Source: Sphaerodactylus townsendi (lineage: Eukaryota). From it: 64,000 nucleotides of DNA. The notes below the pieces were generated by a model. The model was not told the DNA's origin and ran no database searches. It saw only the letters and a program-made list of their open reading frames with translations. Below, in pieces: positions 60,701 to 64,000 of the stretch; positions within the stretch are counted from its first letter, which is position 1; the number at the start of each line of letters is the position of its first letter. The stretch covers positions 21,762,001-21,826,000 of the forward strand of contig NC_059439.1 of the NCBI RefSeq assembly GCF_021028975.2, given 5' to 3'. Both the position numbers and the translations under genes were made by a program.

Positions 60701-63700
60701 TATTAATTAGTGTATATTTTTTAGTGTATATTAGTGTATATTAATTAGTGTATATTTTAAAAAATCATTCATGGCCGGGAGTGTTTCCTGGTTTCCTTGA
60801 CCTGGCATTTAATATAAGGGTTAGAGGCAGTTGGTCACACTGTAAAAAGATTAACATTGGTTCTCAATTCAGCTTGGAAAATCATGGTTCTGTAGCCTTT
60901 CCCATAATCCTACTGGGTGGCGTGAGCTATAGCTCACCAGTGGCTGAAAGAAACACACTGCACATGAGCAGAGACACAGTGTTTTTTTCCTCATCTTTCT
61001 TTCCACGGGAAAACATTGTGCTCAGAGCGCGCAAATGGGCATGCAGAATGCTTTGCCTCTTCGGCAAGGCGTCTTCCTCCAATCTGTTTCCAACCATCAG
61101 TCTTTTCATAGTGAGTAAACAAATTAACCTGGCAAGCAGAGGCAAACGGCTGCTCGGAAGTCTCTGCGGTAAACGGCCGCATGCCTGACCTTTTCCTCCA
61201 TCAAACCCAGGTGCTGCTAATGTGGTGTCAAGTATTAATTACCTTCCAAAGAGGCCAGCGGGGTTCGGTTCTCTCTTTCCAGAGGGAATGAAAACGTCCT
61301 TTGGGAGGGCAGGTTCTGCAGTTTGAAGTATGTTTTTAAGGGTGTAGTGAATTAAAAGGCAAGCAAATGTATAGATGAGGCAAATTAGGTAACGCTATAG
61401 GACCTGGCTAGCCCAGGCTAGCCCTAACTTGTCAGATGACAGAATCTAATCAGGGTCACTGTGTGGATGGGAGATCAACAAAGTTACTATGTGGATGGGA
61501 GATCGACAAGGGGCATCTGGGTCATTATGCAGAGCCAGGCAATGGCAAACTACATCTGAATCTTCCTTGCATTGAAAATCCTGTGGGGCCACCATAACCT
61601 GACAGTGAAACAACACCAGGAGCAGCAATAGCCACCAAGGTTGAATAGGTAGTCCAAACTTACCCTTGGTCAACAGCATTCCCATCATGTTCAAGGTACT
61701 CAGGAAAACAGAGATCAGCACTGGAATCTATTTTCAGTGTCATTAATAAACTTTGGACCACATATATATTTATTCATATTCGAAAAGAGCTTTCTAGAGC
61801 ATGTGCTGAGTGTAATTTTCACTCTACCAAGTATCACAAGTTGTCTCTAGGAGTGCTGAAAGCCCCTGGACCCCTAGAATTTGTTTTTCCCATCTGGGGA
61901 ATTTGGGGGATTCCTCCTCTATTGCATTTAAAGAAAATTTAAAGGAGAGAATGAGAAAGCACAAACTAATTGTTAGTAGAACAGAGGCATAAAAGTCTTC
62001 TCTGGTTGATTCTCCACGGCTGGCTCTGCCTTTCTCCGGCCCAAAAATCAGACCAGAAGTGTTCTTGCTTTCCATGGGGAAAGCAAGAAGCACAGGTGGG
62101 GTGAAAGGAATCATGTTGGGACATGCTTCGTCTCTCAGCGAGCTGCAGGGACGAAGTACATCGGGACAAGATTTTTTGCTCCGTTGTACTTTTGCTCCCA
62201 TTGCACTGCAGCTGTCCCATGGGTAATCGGCCTCTATGCTTTAACACTTTGCTCAGCTTGAAAAACAGTGAAGTGCTGTTTTGCTGGAGGAGGGCACTTG
62301 CTGGGGTTTCAAGTCAAGCTAATGAGTTAAAATGAACAGTTATGGATTCTTCGAGAGGGATCTAGCTATTGCAGAAATGTCCAGTACAAACGAGGCAGGT
62401 GGATTGTCTGGCCTCTTGGAACACTACAGGAATCTAAGCCTACAGAATTTCGTACAACTATGCCTCCTCCTCAACAGCCCTTGTTTACTACTCAATAGCC
62501 CTTGTTTACTGTACAAATCACAAGGCTTTATAGTTCAGCGCACATAAACTCTGGCCAGGGTACATATTGTATGAAGTACTCTTGATCACGCAGTTCTCCA
62601 GATCTTTTGCCAAACTTTATCTGTAATTTTCCCAACCGTTTTTCTATAAAATAATCTAAGATTTGCACATCAACGGGGGGTAGGCCAGCTATGCAATATG
62701 TTTATTTAAAACAGATTAAACATAGAGCAATACTATCTGGAGCAATAAAATATGAAAGCAGACAGTCATCAATCTAAATAAAACCAACAAGACCAGAGTA
62801 TCATGAGTGACTTGCTGGAAAGGCCTGGTGCTGATAAGGAAAGTCCATGTTACTGTATTTTCTTCATTACAGGGTTAAAACAAAGCCAAGTGGAGATTCC
62901 AACTTTGGAACTGCACATCCAACAAGTGCTGGAGACCTAGAAGAGATAAATAGGACTTTCCCCTCTCCTTGCCTCTCTTTTTCATGCTGAACTATGAACA
63001 AAATGATCGTGATGGGGTATTTTAACATCTTCCCTCACATTTTCCAGGTAGCAGGCTCAAAGCTCCTTCCAAGGTTGGTAAAATGAGTACCCAACTTACT
63101 GAGGGTTATATAGACAATTGAAGGCAGTGGCAAACCACCCCGTAAACATAGTCTGTCTAGTAAAAGTCTTGACAACATCGAGGCCTAGGCCTCATTTTAC
63201 ACCTTGTAAGACTGTTACTCAAATAGGTGGTCTGCCTTCTAATAGCCAATTTGGCAAAAATTCGAGTATAGAAGGTGGCTTAGCAAGAGATGGGCAATTC
63301 TCTACTAGTGTATTCCAGGCTCCTCCTTTAAAAGATTAGACCCAAAATACTGAGGAAAACTATAACTAAAGAAAAGAGGTTTTACTGAAAACAAAGAGAT
63401 ATTACAAACAGACAAGAGCACTGCGAACATACAGAGCCTATGGAAATAAAGAATTAAGTGAGAGTTACAGGGAAGGAATTGGTTCAGGGTGATACATTAC
63501 CTGTCCAGAAGACCAAGAGGCAGAGAGCAATGCACAGCCAGTGCATACTGACTTGGAGAAAAGGACAACATTGACTGCATGGATAAGACCAACCTACACG
63601 TGGGAGCAGTTTACTTCCTAACTTATCGGGTGAAATGTATCCTGAGGTAATGATGAGGAGTGTGCCTCATGAGAACATTGCGTCAGTGAGGTTAACAGAG

Positions 63701-64000
63701 TTTGCTGCATGGTCCCAGAGACTTCTGAATCGATATGCCTCTGATGGCAGGAGACCCATTGTTCTACAGCTTGCATTACATTAAAGGTGTGGGGAGGAAT
63801 GTTGAGGTTAGTGTTTGAGTCAGCCCTCCTTAGATGCCAGTTGTCTTCTGCCTGGACTCATTTTATCCCTCCTGGAGCCATGTTGAAAGAAACCTTCACT
63901 GTACAAACACATAGCGGATTCCACATGGGCCAAAACATTGGTATAAAATGGTTTAAAATGGTGTAAAGGGATTTACACCATTTTCACACCGCTATTTTTG

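Noticed and set aside
52900-64000. Expected SBK2 terminal exon on the minus strand
   Set aside because: No kinase motifs in any listed ORF; probably lies outside the window.
1-64000. CRISPR arrays or prokaryotic systems
   Set aside because: Vertebrate intron-exon sequence; no repeat-spacer arrays.

Overview
Vertebrate (squamate, probably gecko, judging by the repeat content) genomic window syntenic with the human 19q13.42 ZNF628-NAT14-SSC5D block. Four spliced genes lie on the + strand. (1) An SBK-family Ser/Thr kinase (4 coding exons, ~324 aa, 3884-8287), upstream of ZNF628 where mammals have no SBK gene. (2) ZNF628 (18 C2H2 fingers, single coding exon 26691-30304) with a 1-nt frameshift at ~28570, most likely an assembly error. 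(3) NAT14 (207 aa). (4) An SSC5D orthologue with only three visible group-B SRCR domains, a Trp/acidic repeat exon and a C-terminal coiled coil (~918 aa). The rest is dense in tRNA/MIR-type SINEs, 5S-derived SINEs, hAT and PIF/Harbinger MITEs, Penelope fragments and decayed LINEs, with four N gaps. The most unusual local signals are minimal hammerhead ribozyme motifs in Penelope fragments, a perfect 48-bp hairpin fused to a 24-nt copy of the kinase exon (templated-insertion repair scar), MITEs carrying paired ZNF143/THAP11-type motifs, and MEF2/E-box/GATA clusters. No wholly new system can be proven from sequence alone; family assignments come from recalled motifs, not database searches.
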